Virus record (IMG/VR): IMGVR_UViG_3300030673_000004
Coordinates: 186,001-250,000 of that record
Length of the DNA: 64,000 bases
Reading direction: 5' to 3' (one strand)
Shown in pieces: positions 30,882 through 40,713 of this stretch (position 1 is the first letter of the stretch; every line of letters begins with the position of its first letter). Below the pieces are notes generated by a model. That model worked only from the letters and a program-made list of their open reading frames with translations. It did no database searches and was not told the origin of the DNA. The position numbers were made by a program, and so were the translations under genes.

Positions 30882-32360
30882 ATGGTGATTGCCATGAGTG
30901 ACGCAGAAGATCTTGTCGTTCGGCTGCCTAAGGAGAGTACCTTTAAGCTATCTCCTACAGTTGTCAACATGTTAAGTGATGACAGCGAATACGGGTTGAT
31001 CTGTTTATTATCTGATCGTCAGTTATTCTTGAGCCGTCTGGATGAAGATGGCATAGATTTGCTGATTCACAGCATTGTTAAAAAGTTAGATCCTTTGCAT
31101 AATTGGAGAGTTATTGATCGCATATTTGATATGCCACCTATCTACCGAACACTACAAGATTCTACTAAGAACTCTGTTCTTCATTATCTAGCACAGCGCG
31201 GTGTGGATATCTTTAGGCATGGTAACGTAGATGATTTTGTCTATAGAAATATCTATGGTAATACACCCATACATTGGTTGGCTAAATACCCAGAGTTCCA
31301 TGAGCGCATAGCTGTGCTTCCCTATAGAGTAACGTCAGTCCCTAATGGCATGGGGTTAACAGCCCTGGATGTTATTGAAAAAATACGAGCAGATGCGGAA
31401 GCAGAGCAGATGCGCTTGTCTGTTGTAGCTAGAACAGAAGCTATTGCAAGCTTGCCTTTGAATTATAAATTATCTATAGATGATGGCTCCTTAACTGATT
31501 TTAGGGTTGGTTTTGAGTTTGAATTTGTGTCTGGGTTGAAGCATACACATATTGCTGAGTTGCTTCATTTATCTGGGCGTAAGGTTGGTGTTGTGCGAGA
31601 TGATTACGGTATTCCTAGAGATGTAGGTTATGATTCTTGGCATGTAACAGGAGACCCATCTATTGCTGCACATGACGGAGATGATGGCATAGAGTTGATA
31701 TCACCACCAATGATGTTTGGTGATATTCGTAAGACGCTTCAGTTTGTTTGGAAAATGCTTTCTGATATTAATGCCTATACAAATGAGTCTTGCGGATTAC
31801 ATATGACTATTAGTCATACGGGTAATGGCTTCAATACTCCTGGATTCAATCCTATTAAATTGGCGTTGTTTCTTGGTGATGATGATATATTAAAAACTAT
31901 GGATAGGGAAGATAACTATAATTGTAGGTCTTTTTTAGCTTATGTTCGTGGTATTATTCACGCAGATCTAAAAACAGGATTTAAGCATATTATCGGTCAG
32001 CGAAGTAACCCGGATAAGCCCGCACACCTGCGTGATCATGAGACGCTAGAGAAGATACCAACTACGTATGACGCGGTATCTGTTGTAGATAAGATTGCTT
32101 TAGATCCTCGAATGAAACTTAGGTTAGTTAATTCGTTTGATAGAAATCTAAGTATAAATTTGGTTAAGTTGCAGCCGGGATTCGGGTCAACACCCCTGCT
32201 GGAGTATCGTGCGCCAGGTAACGGATGGTCCTACAAGAAACCAGAGATGTTTGAAAACATTGCTCGTAGGCTGGCAGCGTCGGCACAGGTAGCTCTACAC
32301 CCGGAAGAAGCCTTAGACACGTACAAGGCTTTGATCGTCAGAGATATAATACACGGTTAG
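30882..32360 (+). CDS. ankyrin-repeat plus Amidoligase_2 fusion, paralog 2
   Basis: NSVLHYLA, GNTPIHWLA, GLTALD; then VGFEFEF, GIELISP, TNESCGLHMT, LEYR. Confidence 0.8.
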   Translation: MVIAMSDAEDLVVRLPKESTFKLSPTVVNMLSDDSEYGLICLLSDRQLFLSRLDEDGIDLLIHSIVKKLDPLHNWRVIDRIFDMPPIYRTLQDSTKNSVLHYLAQRGVDIFRHGNVDDFVYRNIYGNTPIHWLAKYPEFHERIAVLPYRVTSVPNGMGLTALDVIEKIRADAEAEQMRLSVVARTEAIASLPLNYKLSIDDGSLTDFRVGFEFEFVSGLKHTHIAELLHLSGRKVGVVRDDYGIPRDVGYDSWHVTGDPSIAAHDGDDGIELISPPMMFGDIRKTLQFVWKMLSDINAYTNESCGLHMTISHTGNGFNTPGFNPIKLALFLGDDDILKTMDREDNYNCRSFLAYVRGIIHADLKTGFKHIIGQRSNPDKPAHLRDHETLEKIPTTYDAVSVVDKIALDPRMKLRLVNSFDRNLSINLVKLQPGFGSTPLLEYRAPGNGWSYKKPEMFENIARRLAASAQVALHPEEALDTYKALIVRDIIHG

Positions 32361-32408
32361 TAGAAAACCGCCTTGACAGGCATACGACTTTTAGTTATTA
32401 TTGTCTGT

Positions 32409-34787
32409 ATGCCTCAAGCAACATCCTACCATGATTTAACTCTTGACGAACTCTCTAACCACCCTGTCAAACTCGGCTTTGAATTTGAATTTGCTAGCGC
32501 ACAGTCTCATCGACGTGTTGGTGAGGCTGTACGTGAGCTTTTCGGTGACGGCTCTGTTGGTGTTGTAGAAGATTGTTACAACGCACATCGCCATGGTGGC
32601 TACACGAAGTGGAACGTTACTGCCGATAGTTCCATCAACCCAACCCATGCTGCTGGTTATCGTGTGGAGTTGGTATCACCAATTCTCACGCCATCCGTGC
32701 TACATGACACATTGACGAAAGTTTTTGCGTATCTACGTGACGCACACGCTGTAACTAATTCGTCTACAGGTATGCATGTGACAGTATCACATCCTAATGT
32801 GAATGAAGAGTACAGCAGTTTTGATCCAATTAAGATGGGCATCTTTATGGATGACATCGGGATGACACTGAAGTATCGGGGTAATCTGAATACTCATTAT
32901 GCTCAGAGCACAATGGCTTTGTTTGCACAAGGACATCGTGAAGGTTTCAACAACCATCGCATTCAGGCACGGGACTTGAATGTTCCCTGGTCTGGTGATC
33001 CTGAGATTTTATTTTTGTTGGCAACTAAGGAGCCACGAATTCGTCGTGTCTTGATTGAGGCAGAGAAATATCGCTCTATCAACCTCAGCAAGATCTGTAA
33101 TCACTGTGTGGAGGTTCGTTCTCCTGGTGGTGACTACTTGGGTGCTGGTGCAGATGAAGCTATCGAAACGGCACGTAAGATCCTTTCGTCTCTTGTTTAC
33201 GCATGCATCCCTGATGCTGGTTTTGATGAGTATCATACTCGTTTCATGTCGTTTTTTGAGTCGCGCATCAAGCCTCGTCCTTGTCCTCAACTTGTTAATA
33301 GCGTTGACCACGTGACCTTTACGGTTCCTGGTTATGCTAATATGCATGTCTGTGTTACCTTTCGTCGCAAGGCTTTGAACCATGAGGTTGACGGGTGGAA
33401 CTTGATGCACAATCGTGCTGTCTTTATTCACAATATCAAAGTTAGTGCCATGTTGCCTGAATCCGAGGCCACTCGTAATGGTATCTTCAGCCCAGCTTCA
33501 TCAACAGCTTCTCGTCAATTTGATATTAACGTGCAGTTTAATTCTCTCTGTGCGGAAGACTCTCTGCTCGATGAGAACTACGAGGAGTTCCTTCGTAGGC
33601 ATGGCGATGTACTTCCTGTTACTCCTCAGAGTGTTAGCTTCTCAAGTACCCTGGTTGATGTAAACCAACACACGGCGGCTCTTGAGCTTGTATCCGCTAT
33701 TCGGACTATGCTCGGTTCGCCTGCATTTAAGCAGGCGTTGACTTCTAATGTAACCGCTGCTCTGCAGCGTTCTATTCTTGATACAGGAATTCAGCGTATC
33801 TTGTCGTTTGTTCAGGTTGGCGCGGATGCTCCTTCTATTTTGAACAATGACTTGTGGACACGTCCGTTGAGCGCTCTGAATGAATCGTTGCAAGCAACTC
33901 GCCGTGCGGCAGAGCGTGCTTCTCAGATTGTGAACCAGGATCAGTTCAGTACAAAGCTGGCTGCTCGCTTGGCTGCTCTTCGGACTGCTGCTACGTCTAG
34001 CTCTTGGACAGGTTCTGCACCTATTTCTGCCGTTACTTCGGAGTCGTCCGCTAATCACGAGGATATTTCGGCAGATGGAAATATCTGGAGTATGGTTCGC
34101 CCAATGTTTAGAAATACGCATTTTGGGAAGCGCCTATGTGACATTGCTCGTGGGATTGATGGCCCGGTAGAGGGAGATCCACTAGCATCACCTGCTACAG
34201 TTTTGCATGATACAGCAGTGGCACTAAAGATCCTGCTTGATGCACCACCTGTTATGGATCTTCTGCGTTGTCTGCAATCGTCTATGCATGTATCTCATCG
34301 TGTAGCTCAGGCGCTTACTCGTCTTGTGGCTAATTATGTTCAGCCCCTAAGCTCTGAGTATATGCAAGGTTTGCCTGTGGCTGCTCGTAGTGGTGTAATT
34401 GCTGATTGCTTTAGCATTGCTGTTACGGTCTCTCGTTTGAGTGACTATGTTACTCATCCCGCCCTTGGAACAGAGGCAGAGCGACAAGCCTTTACTTCTT
34501 GGTTGACTGCCATTAAGACTCGTGTAGCTTGTACGCTGACTCGATTGGATGATATACATGGTGTGGCAGCCTTGGTACATAGCCCTATTCGTTTGGCTCA
34601 TGCGATTGTCAATGTTGCTTCTGAGCATAGAATGACACCGATGTTGACGTTGCTCGCCCTTGAGACCGCTCATGTTGCTGATACGATTCTGCGTCCTACT
34701 CACGTTGGTCGTATCCGTACTGAGATTGCTCGTCTGACTTATGTAGCTGGGCCGGATGCTGATGATGGTGGTGACGAGGACGCATAA
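32409..34787 (+). CDS. Amidoligase_2 family protein, paralog 3
   Basis: LGFEFEF, VELVSP, TNSSTGMHVT, YRSINL, VEVRSPGG; ATG 7 nt after TTGACA(32373)-N17-TATTAT. Confidence 0.85.
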   Translation: MPQATSYHDLTLDELSNHPVKLGFEFEFASAQSHRRVGEAVRELFGDGSVGVVEDCYNAHRHGGYTKWNVTADSSINPTHAAGYRVELVSPILTPSVLHDTLTKVFAYLRDAHAVTNSSTGMHVTVSHPNVNEEYSSFDPIKMGIFMDDIGMTLKYRGNLNTHYAQSTMALFAQGHREGFNNHRIQARDLNVPWSGDPEILFLLATKEPRIRRVLIEAEKYRSINLSKICNHCVEVRSPGGDYLGAGADEAIETARKILSSLVYACIPDAGFDEYHTRFMSFFESRIKPRPCPQLVNSVDHVTFTVPGYANMHVCVTFRRKALNHEVDGWNLMHNRAVFIHNIKVSAMLPESEATRNGIFSPASSTASRQFDINVQFNSLCAEDSLLDENYEEFLRRHGDVLPVTPQSVSFSSTLVDVNQHTAALELVSAIRTMLGSPAFKQALTSNVTAALQRSILDTGIQRILSFVQVGADAPSILNNDLWTRPLSALNESLQATRRAAERASQIVNQDQFSTKLAARLAALRTAATSSSWTGSAPISAVTSESSANHEDISADGNIWSMVRPMFRNTHFGKRLCDIARGIDGPVEGDPLASPATVLHDTAVALKILLDAPPVMDLLRCLQSSMHVSHRVAQALTRLVANYVQPLSSEYMQGLPVAARSGVIADCFSIAVTVSRLSDYVTHPALGTEAERQAFTSWLTAIKTRVACTLTRLDDIHGVAALVHSPIRLAHAIVNVASEHRMTPMLTLLALETAHVADTILRPTHVGRIRTEIARLTYVAGPDADDGGDEDA

Positions 34788-34840
34788 ACCTCATAGGCTA
34801 CTTTTGTAGTGTTTGAGGCATTCATGGGAGTAGCCTTGGG

Positions 34841-34920
34841 AGCCTTGTCTTGAAAGAGACAGGGCTTTTTCGTGCTCTGCTCTATGAAACAAAAAGCCGC
34901 TTGTCATAAAGCGGCTTTTT
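34841..34920. terminator. two terminator hairpins between convergent genes
   Basis: AGCCTTGTCT...AGACAGGGCTTTTT and AAAAGCCGCTT...AAGCGGCTTTTT. Confidence 0.7.
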
Positions 34921-34941
34921 GTATTTGGATGCTCTTGCGGC

Positions 34942-35358
34942 TTACTTTATAACTTTGAGTCCCCATGGGCACTTGCACTGCATTCTAACGTTACGGGCCG
35001 CTATCCCAATAAGAGAAAATGGCAGTCTTGGGTGGCTGCATGGGTCTACAGAGCCACCCTTATGCACATAGCAGGGACAGTGGGTACATGTCGCAGGTTG
35101 TGGCCCGATATTGATGCGAGCTTCTCTAGCACGCTCTAACTCATCTAAATCTTGGTGCTTTATGTTCTCTTCAAACCTATCTCGACTGATAGCTTTTTTC
35201 TCTGCTACTGTTTGGCGACGATGCACCGTGTTTGATGGCCTCATGATACGAGAACATTTATCAGAGCAATACTTTTGCTTAGGTGAGTTGGGTACAAAAG
35301 TTTTGCAGCATACGGGGCAAGCTATAGCTTTTTTAGTTTTCCAAAGGGCTGTTGTCAT
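34942..35358 (-). CDS. zinc-binding hypothetical protein
   Basis: CPVC.KTF......QKYCSDKC; promoter TTGACT-N17-TATATT 8 nt upstream. Confidence 0.7.
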   Translation of the reverse strand: MTTALWKTKKAIACPVCCKTFVPNSPKQKYCSDKCSRIMRPSNTVHRRQTVAEKKAISRDRFEENIKHQDLDELERAREARINIGPQPATCTHCPCYVHKGGSVDPCSHPRLPFSLIGIAARNVRMQCKCPWGLKVIK

Positions 35359-35416
35359 ACATACTGAATATAGGGAAGAGTGCTCGTTTAGTCAATCAAA
35401 AAGATAACTTCTGAGT

Positions 35417-36886
35417 ATGGATACTGTAATATCTGCTGTTGTGCCCGGCGCAAAGTTAAATAATTTAGCTGTTGACCTCTCTAAGATAACGGTCGGCTTT
35501 GAATTTGAATTTATATCCCCAATTAGTCATCAGAGTTTTGCCGATGTTATGCGTGACACAGACCTAGATTATAAGATTGGTGCCGTAACAAAGGAATACG
35601 CTGGTCACAAAACTAAGTATCCCGGCAAAAATTTATATAGTTTCTGGCACATAACAGGTGATGATTCTATTGATACGGCTGCTGTGTCTGACGATACTAA
35701 GTCCCTTTACGGGATTGAAGTTATCTCACCTGTGTTACCGTTAGCTAAGGCTAAGAAGGCTCTTCTTGATATCGTAGCTATAATTAAACGTGCTGGTGGC
35801 ACTACGAATGAATCTTGTGGTTTGCATATTACTTTTGGACATCCTTTACTGACTACCGATCTGATAAACTTTGATCCTCTAAAGTTCGCTGTATTTATGC
35901 AGGAAGATAAGGTACTGGAACGGTTTGATAGAGAACGAAATGAGTATGCTCAAAATTTCTCATCTAGGATATTAAAGGCTATGTACGAAGAAATGCACGA
36001 GCTAAAGAATCGTGTGTTCCAGAGAGAGCAGCCGAATTTTGAAGAGACGGACGAGGCTAATTACCCTGAAAATTATTATACTATTTTACCTAATGAGGTT
36101 ACCGGGCCTGCTCTTACAGAGGAGAACTTACAAGAGTTCTTGACATCTCTACGAGTACGTCAGCGTTTTGCCCTGTACTCGCACTATCTGAGTATTAATT
36201 TGATAAAACTTCGTAACCACTGTGTGGAGGTTCGTTCTCCTGGTGGTGACTACTTGTCTCAAGATGCTCAAGGGCTTGCTCAGATGGTTCTACATATGGC
36301 TCGGTGCCTTGCAGTAGCTTTGGATCCAACCTTGCTTGAAACGCAATATGTATTAGCTGTTCGTAGAATGCTAAAACAGTATAATGCACCTAAGCAGGCT
36401 ACAGATGCCAAACGTGCCCAGCAAGAATTAAACGTTAATGAGGTGAGTAAAGCATCAGGCCAGACCTCAATCAGCGGTAAGGTTAAGATAGCTGGTCAGT
36501 CTGTACTTGTTACCATAACACATGGTGCTCCAGATAATCCTAGAGCTGATGCTAGTGTTGCTTGGGCTGTTATGGTAGAAGAGAAACATCGTATTGCTCT
36601 ACGCTTATATGTAGATAATTTTGGAATAACTGAAGTTGTGCTGCCCAGTAAGTATACTCTGCAGACATACCCTGTAGTAGCTGATGTCGCTCAAGAGGTA
36701 TCTAACCAGATTATCCGAGCAGCATCTAAAATGGGTCCTGTTCCGGGCTTGGTGAAGATATCACCTAGCATATCTGCTTATAAGAAACTTTTAGCACGTT
36801 TCCCTAAGCTAGCTGCTATAAAAATGAATGTATCTACGTTCCAGTCTCGTATGCGTGAAAGCGGCTTGACGCCTGTGGATGCTTGA
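35417..36886 (+). CDS. Amidoligase_2 family protein, paralog 4
   Basis: VGFEFEF, WHITGDDSI, GIEVISP, TNESCGLHIT, VEVRSPGG. Confidence 0.85.
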   Translation: MDTVISAVVPGAKLNNLAVDLSKITVGFEFEFISPISHQSFADVMRDTDLDYKIGAVTKEYAGHKTKYPGKNLYSFWHITGDDSIDTAAVSDDTKSLYGIEVISPVLPLAKAKKALLDIVAIIKRAGGTTNESCGLHITFGHPLLTTDLINFDPLKFAVFMQEDKVLERFDRERNEYAQNFSSRILKAMYEEMHELKNRVFQREQPNFEETDEANYPENYYTILPNEVTGPALTEENLQEFLTSLRVRQRFALYSHYLSINLIKLRNHCVEVRSPGGDYLSQDAQGLAQMVLHMARCLAVALDPTLLETQYVLAVRRMLKQYNAPKQATDAKRAQQELNVNEVSKASGQTSISGKVKIAGQSVLVTITHGAPDNPRADASVAWAVMVEEKHRIALRLYVDNFGITEVVLPSKYTLQTYPVVADVAQEVSNQIIRAASKMGPVPGLVKISPSISAYKKLLARFPKLAAIKMNVSTFQSRMRESGLTPVDA

Positions 36887-36931
36887 TTCTGGACATTACC
36901 AATATTATCAACATAGTAATTGGAGTTTTCA

Positions 36932-37693
36932 ATGAATCATGTATACGGTTGGAAAAAGGATACTAAGGATCCTCGGGATAAGATTTTTAGAGCTACTCCA
37001 CCAACTCAGGGATTACCTGCCTCGGTAGATTTGCGACCCACCTGTCCGCCTGTTTTGGACCAGGGTCAGTTGGGTGCCTGTACGAGTCATGCTTTAGCTA
37101 ATGCGCATTTGTTTGCTCAGATAAAAGAAACTGGTGGGCATGATGCCCTACCATCTAGGCTTTTTATTTATTACAAAGAACGTGAGCTAGAAAATACTAT
37201 TGCAGAAGATTCTGGTGCCCAGATACGCGATGGTGCTAAAGTTCTTGCTTCTTTTGGTGCTCCTCCAGAATCGGACTGGCCCTATGATGTAACTAAGTTT
37301 GCTGTTGCTCCACCTCAGGTGGCTGTAGCGGACGCCACATCGCATAAAGCGCTTCAGTATCATAGCGTGATTCAAACTGAAAATGATATCAAGACAGCTC
37401 TCGCTAGTGGTTTTCCTATTGTTTTCGGTATAATGTTATTTCAGTCGTTTGAATCAGATGTAGTAGCTAAGACAGGTTTGGTTCCTCTGCCAAATCAAGC
37501 AGTTGAACCGTGCCTTGGTGGCCATGCAATTTTGATGGTTGGTTATGATGATACGAAGCGTTTGTTCACTATAATGAACTCTTGGGGTCCTGCTTGGGGT
37601 GATAAGGGATTCTTTTATCTTCCTTATGACTATGTCCTTCGTGCTGACTTAGCTCAAGACTTTTGGGTTATTTCTGTAGTTCAAGAATCTTGA
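36932..37693 (+). CDS. papain-like (C1A) cysteine protease
   Basis: LPASVDLR, DQGQLGAC, GGHAILMVGY, IMNSWG..WGDKG. Confidence 0.92.
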   Translation: MNHVYGWKKDTKDPRDKIFRATPPTQGLPASVDLRPTCPPVLDQGQLGACTSHALANAHLFAQIKETGGHDALPSRLFIYYKERELENTIAEDSGAQIRDGAKVLASFGAPPESDWPYDVTKFAVAPPQVAVADATSHKALQYHSVIQTENDIKTALASGFPIVFGIMLFQSFESDVVAKTGLVPLPNQAVEPCLGGHAILMVGYDDTKRLFTIMNSWGPAWGDKGFFYLPYDYVLRADLAQDFWVISVVQES

Positions 37694-37719
37694 TCTGCCT
37701 TTAAGCTGCTCTGCGTGTG

Positions 37720-37747
37720 AACCTCTGGATGTAGTCCGGAGGTTTTT
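37720..37747 (+). terminator. intrinsic terminator
   Basis: AACCTCTGGA-tgtag-TCCGGAGGTTTTT. Confidence 0.65.
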
Positions 37748-38200
37748 ATGTTTCTTCTTACGCATGACTATGATTTTGGGGAGCGTGTAAAGCTCTGTCA
37801 TGATGTAGAAGACTATCAAATTTGGATGGTTGTAGCTATTCAAACATCCCTAGACGGTCATCAAGACTACACTTTGGCATCTGGTGACACTGAATACATA
37901 GCTGCTTGCGATGAGTTGGCTCCTATATCCTCGGCACATAAGCCACCCTATTCAACACTTGTTGAGTCTAACTATGAGCTTGGTGCCGCTGTCTATATTG
38001 TTCATGATGAAGAAGCTCATTTATGTACAATTATGCGTATTAACGTTTGTTGGGATAACAGTATCCTTTATCAGGTATTGTGTGGTGCTGATTTTATGTA
38101 TTGGGCAGTGAGTAATGAGCTGTCCGTAGATATGCCATCTGATCCTAGTATACTTGACGATGATAGTGCTTTTGATGACAGTCAAACAACCTCTGAATAA
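37748..38200 (+). CDS. hypothetical protein with two internal SH3/KOW-like repeats
   Basis: YDFGERVKLCHD...DEL and YELGAAVYIVHD...NEL. Confidence 0.55.
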   Translation: MFLLTHDYDFGERVKLCHDVEDYQIWMVVAIQTSLDGHQDYTLASGDTEYIAACDELAPISSAHKPPYSTLVESNYELGAAVYIVHDEEAHLCTIMRINVCWDNSILYQVLCGADFMYWAVSNELSVDMPSDPSILDDDSAFDDSQTTSE

Positions 38201-38227
38201 GGTACGTTTTATCTGATGGGGTGCTAG

Positions 38228-39244
38228 ATGTTCATTCCTAATCATACTGCACAGGATAGTGCAGTCGCTGCTGTTGTCCCAAAGTTGGACCTTTCTCAGG
38301 TTGACTTGTCTAAGTTGACTGTTGGTTTTGAGTTTGAATTTGTATCTCGGTTATCACATAAATCATTTGCTAAGTCTCTTCAGCTTGCTCAACCTACCTG
38401 GAAGATTGGCACTGTTCAAGATAAGCACGGACTTCCTAAGAATGTGAAGGACGTTGAGAAATACTCTGTTTGGAATGTAACTAGTGATGAGACTGTTCAG
38501 GAAGATGCTGAAGACCTTCTATCCTTGACACCTCATTATAGTATTGAGTTGATCTCTCCTGTACTTCAGTTGAATCAAGTTGGTGATATTCTTACACGTG
38601 TTTTTTCCTTGATTAAATCTACTGGTGGTAAAACTAACGAGAGTTGCGGTTTGCACGTTACATTCGGCCACCCCGACATTAATTCTGCGTTAACAAAGTT
38701 TGATCCGTTGAAACTTGGTATTTTTCTCAGAGAGGATAATTTGTTATCTAGATTCGGTAGAACGGATAATGCATTTGCTGATAATTTATCTAAGCGTATT
38801 GTTCAAGCGATCAATACTGAGATAGGATCGTCTGGGGATCAAGTTACTACACTAAAAGGATTGAATGTCTTTGATCATACACCAACATCCATACCCACGA
38901 CTGATAAAACAGGTCCGAAATTAACTGATGCTAATTTAGCTCAGATACTAGTAAGTCCGGCTTTCCGTAAGCGCATGGCTATGGTGGATCATTATACTAA
39001 TATCAGCTTACAATACTTGTCTAAGCATCGTGTAGAGATTCGGGGCATGGGCGGCGATTATTTGAATGTTTCAGTCAAAGAGCTTACAGGACGAGTACTT
39101 CACATGGCCCGCTGCGTGGCTATCGCTCTGATGCCTACGGCTTATGTTCCGCAGTATGTTGCAGCCGTCCGTAGAATGATGCCTGTGTACAAAGCACCTA
39201 AGAAGCCTATGTGGACACCTGCTAAGTCCGACGGGGATGAGTGA
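38228..39244 (+). CDS. Amidoligase_2 family protein, paralog 5 (catalytic domain only)
   Basis: VGFEFEF, IELISP, TNESCGLHVT, HYTNISL, VEIRGMGG. Confidence 0.85.
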   Translation: MFIPNHTAQDSAVAAVVPKLDLSQVDLSKLTVGFEFEFVSRLSHKSFAKSLQLAQPTWKIGTVQDKHGLPKNVKDVEKYSVWNVTSDETVQEDAEDLLSLTPHYSIELISPVLQLNQVGDILTRVFSLIKSTGGKTNESCGLHVTFGHPDINSALTKFDPLKLGIFLREDNLLSRFGRTDNAFADNLSKRIVQAINTEIGSSGDQVTTLKGLNVFDHTPTSIPTTDKTGPKLTDANLAQILVSPAFRKRMAMVDHYTNISLQYLSKHRVEIRGMGGDYLNVSVKELTGRVLHMARCVAIALMPTAYVPQYVAAVRRMMPVYKAPKKPMWTPAKSDGDE

Positions 39245-40704
39245 TGTTTATTCCTTTTGAAACTACCGCCGCAGTAGTTCCTGGTCTAGATTTTAGTGAT
39301 GTTAACATATCTAGACTTACTGTTGGTTTTGAATTTGAATTCATATCTCCTATTAGTCACAAAAAGTTTGCACAAGCTTTAAGTAAAAAGTACCCAAGTT
39401 GGAAAATTGGTGTGATTTCCAGTATTTACAATGCTCATGAGCAACTTGGTGCTGCTATGTATAATTCTTGGAATATAACAGGGGACGGTTCTATTGACGC
39501 TTCTCCTAATGAATTTGGGATAGAGCTTATTTCTCCTGTATTGAAATTATCCCAAGTATCAAAAATACTTGAATCTGTATTTTCTTTACTCAAGGCGCTT
39601 AAGTGTGAAACAAATGATAGTTGTGGCTTGCATGTTACCTTTGGTCATCCGAAGATTACAGCAAATTTAACATATTTTAATCCTCTTAAGTTCGGTGTAT
39701 TCTTGCAGGAGGATAAGTTATTAGCTCGTTTTGGTAGAACGGATAACGGTTTTTCCTTAAATACGTCAAAAGAGATATTGTATGAGTTACACGAAGAGAT
39801 GTTCCGAGATGACGTTACTAGAGTTGGTACGTCTATTATCTCACCCTGGTCACGAACACAATATGATAAAGAAACTAGCCGGACAGGTCCTAAGGCGACT
39901 GATGCGAACTTAGCTAAAGTTTTATTAGATCCTAGGCTGCGTCGTAGGTTAATCCCAATAGATCATTACCAAAACATAAGTTTATCTAAAATTAAAAATA
40001 ATCTAGTTGAAGTTCGTGGTATGGGTGGTAACTATTTAGCACAGAGTACTACAACACTTGTAAATATTGTTAAACACCTTGCTCGTTGTCTTGTGATCTC
40101 TTTATCGCCAACTGCATATCAGGCTCAATACATACTAGCTGTTAAACGGATGCTTAACGAGTACAACCCGAAAGACTCTGAGGTGGTTAAGCCGCAGGAT
40201 TTAATACCTGACGATATAGACGCAGAATATCCTACGTTGGATCTCTGGTCATCTGATGGTGGTCGTTTAATTCTATTTGGAACTAAGGAGACTCCCAGTA
40301 GAGGAGACTTCAAATTAAGTACAAATAACAACAGTAGTATTCATTTACATAATACTACTTTATATATAAAACTAAGCATAGATAGCATTAAAGACGGGGT
40401 ATCTTCTGATTTTGATTTTGAGCGTGTAGTTACTCAGGAGTTAGATTGGATCATAAGTATCTGTGTTAAGCTGAAAGCATCAATTAACAAACATACATCT
40501 ATTCCAAGTTTGACTAAATTTGCTATTACCACAGACAATATTAAGAAAATAGAACACTACTTTCCTTGGGCAGTGCATCTTGAATTGCCCCCAGATATCT
40601 TACAGATAGCTTATATAGGTTTTATACAGTCTTCTGATTTTCGTACCTGCTCCATTAAAAATCGACAATATTTTATGCGTGAGTGGAAAGCCAAAGTCCG
40701 GTAA
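39244..40704 (+). CDS. Amidoligase_2 family protein, paralog 6
   Basis: VGFEFEF, WNITGDGSI, GIELISP, TNDSCGLHVT, VEVRGMGG. Confidence 0.85.
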   Translation: MFIPFETTAAVVPGLDFSDVNISRLTVGFEFEFISPISHKKFAQALSKKYPSWKIGVISSIYNAHEQLGAAMYNSWNITGDGSIDASPNEFGIELISPVLKLSQVSKILESVFSLLKALKCETNDSCGLHVTFGHPKITANLTYFNPLKFGVFLQEDKLLARFGRTDNGFSLNTSKEILYELHEEMFRDDVTRVGTSIISPWSRTQYDKETSRTGPKATDANLAKVLLDPRLRRRLIPIDHYQNISLSKIKNNLVEVRGMGGNYLAQSTTTLVNIVKHLARCLVISLSPTAYQAQYILAVKRMLNEYNPKDSEVVKPQDLIPDDIDAEYPTLDLWSSDGGRLILFGTKETPSRGDFKLSTNNNSSIHLHNTTLYIKLSIDSIKDGVSSDFDFERVVTQELDWIISICVKLKASINKHTSIPSLTKFAITTDNIKKIEHYFPWAVHLELPPDILQIAYIGFIQSSDFRTCSIKNRQYFMREWKAKVR

Positions 40705-40713
40705 CTTCTTTGT

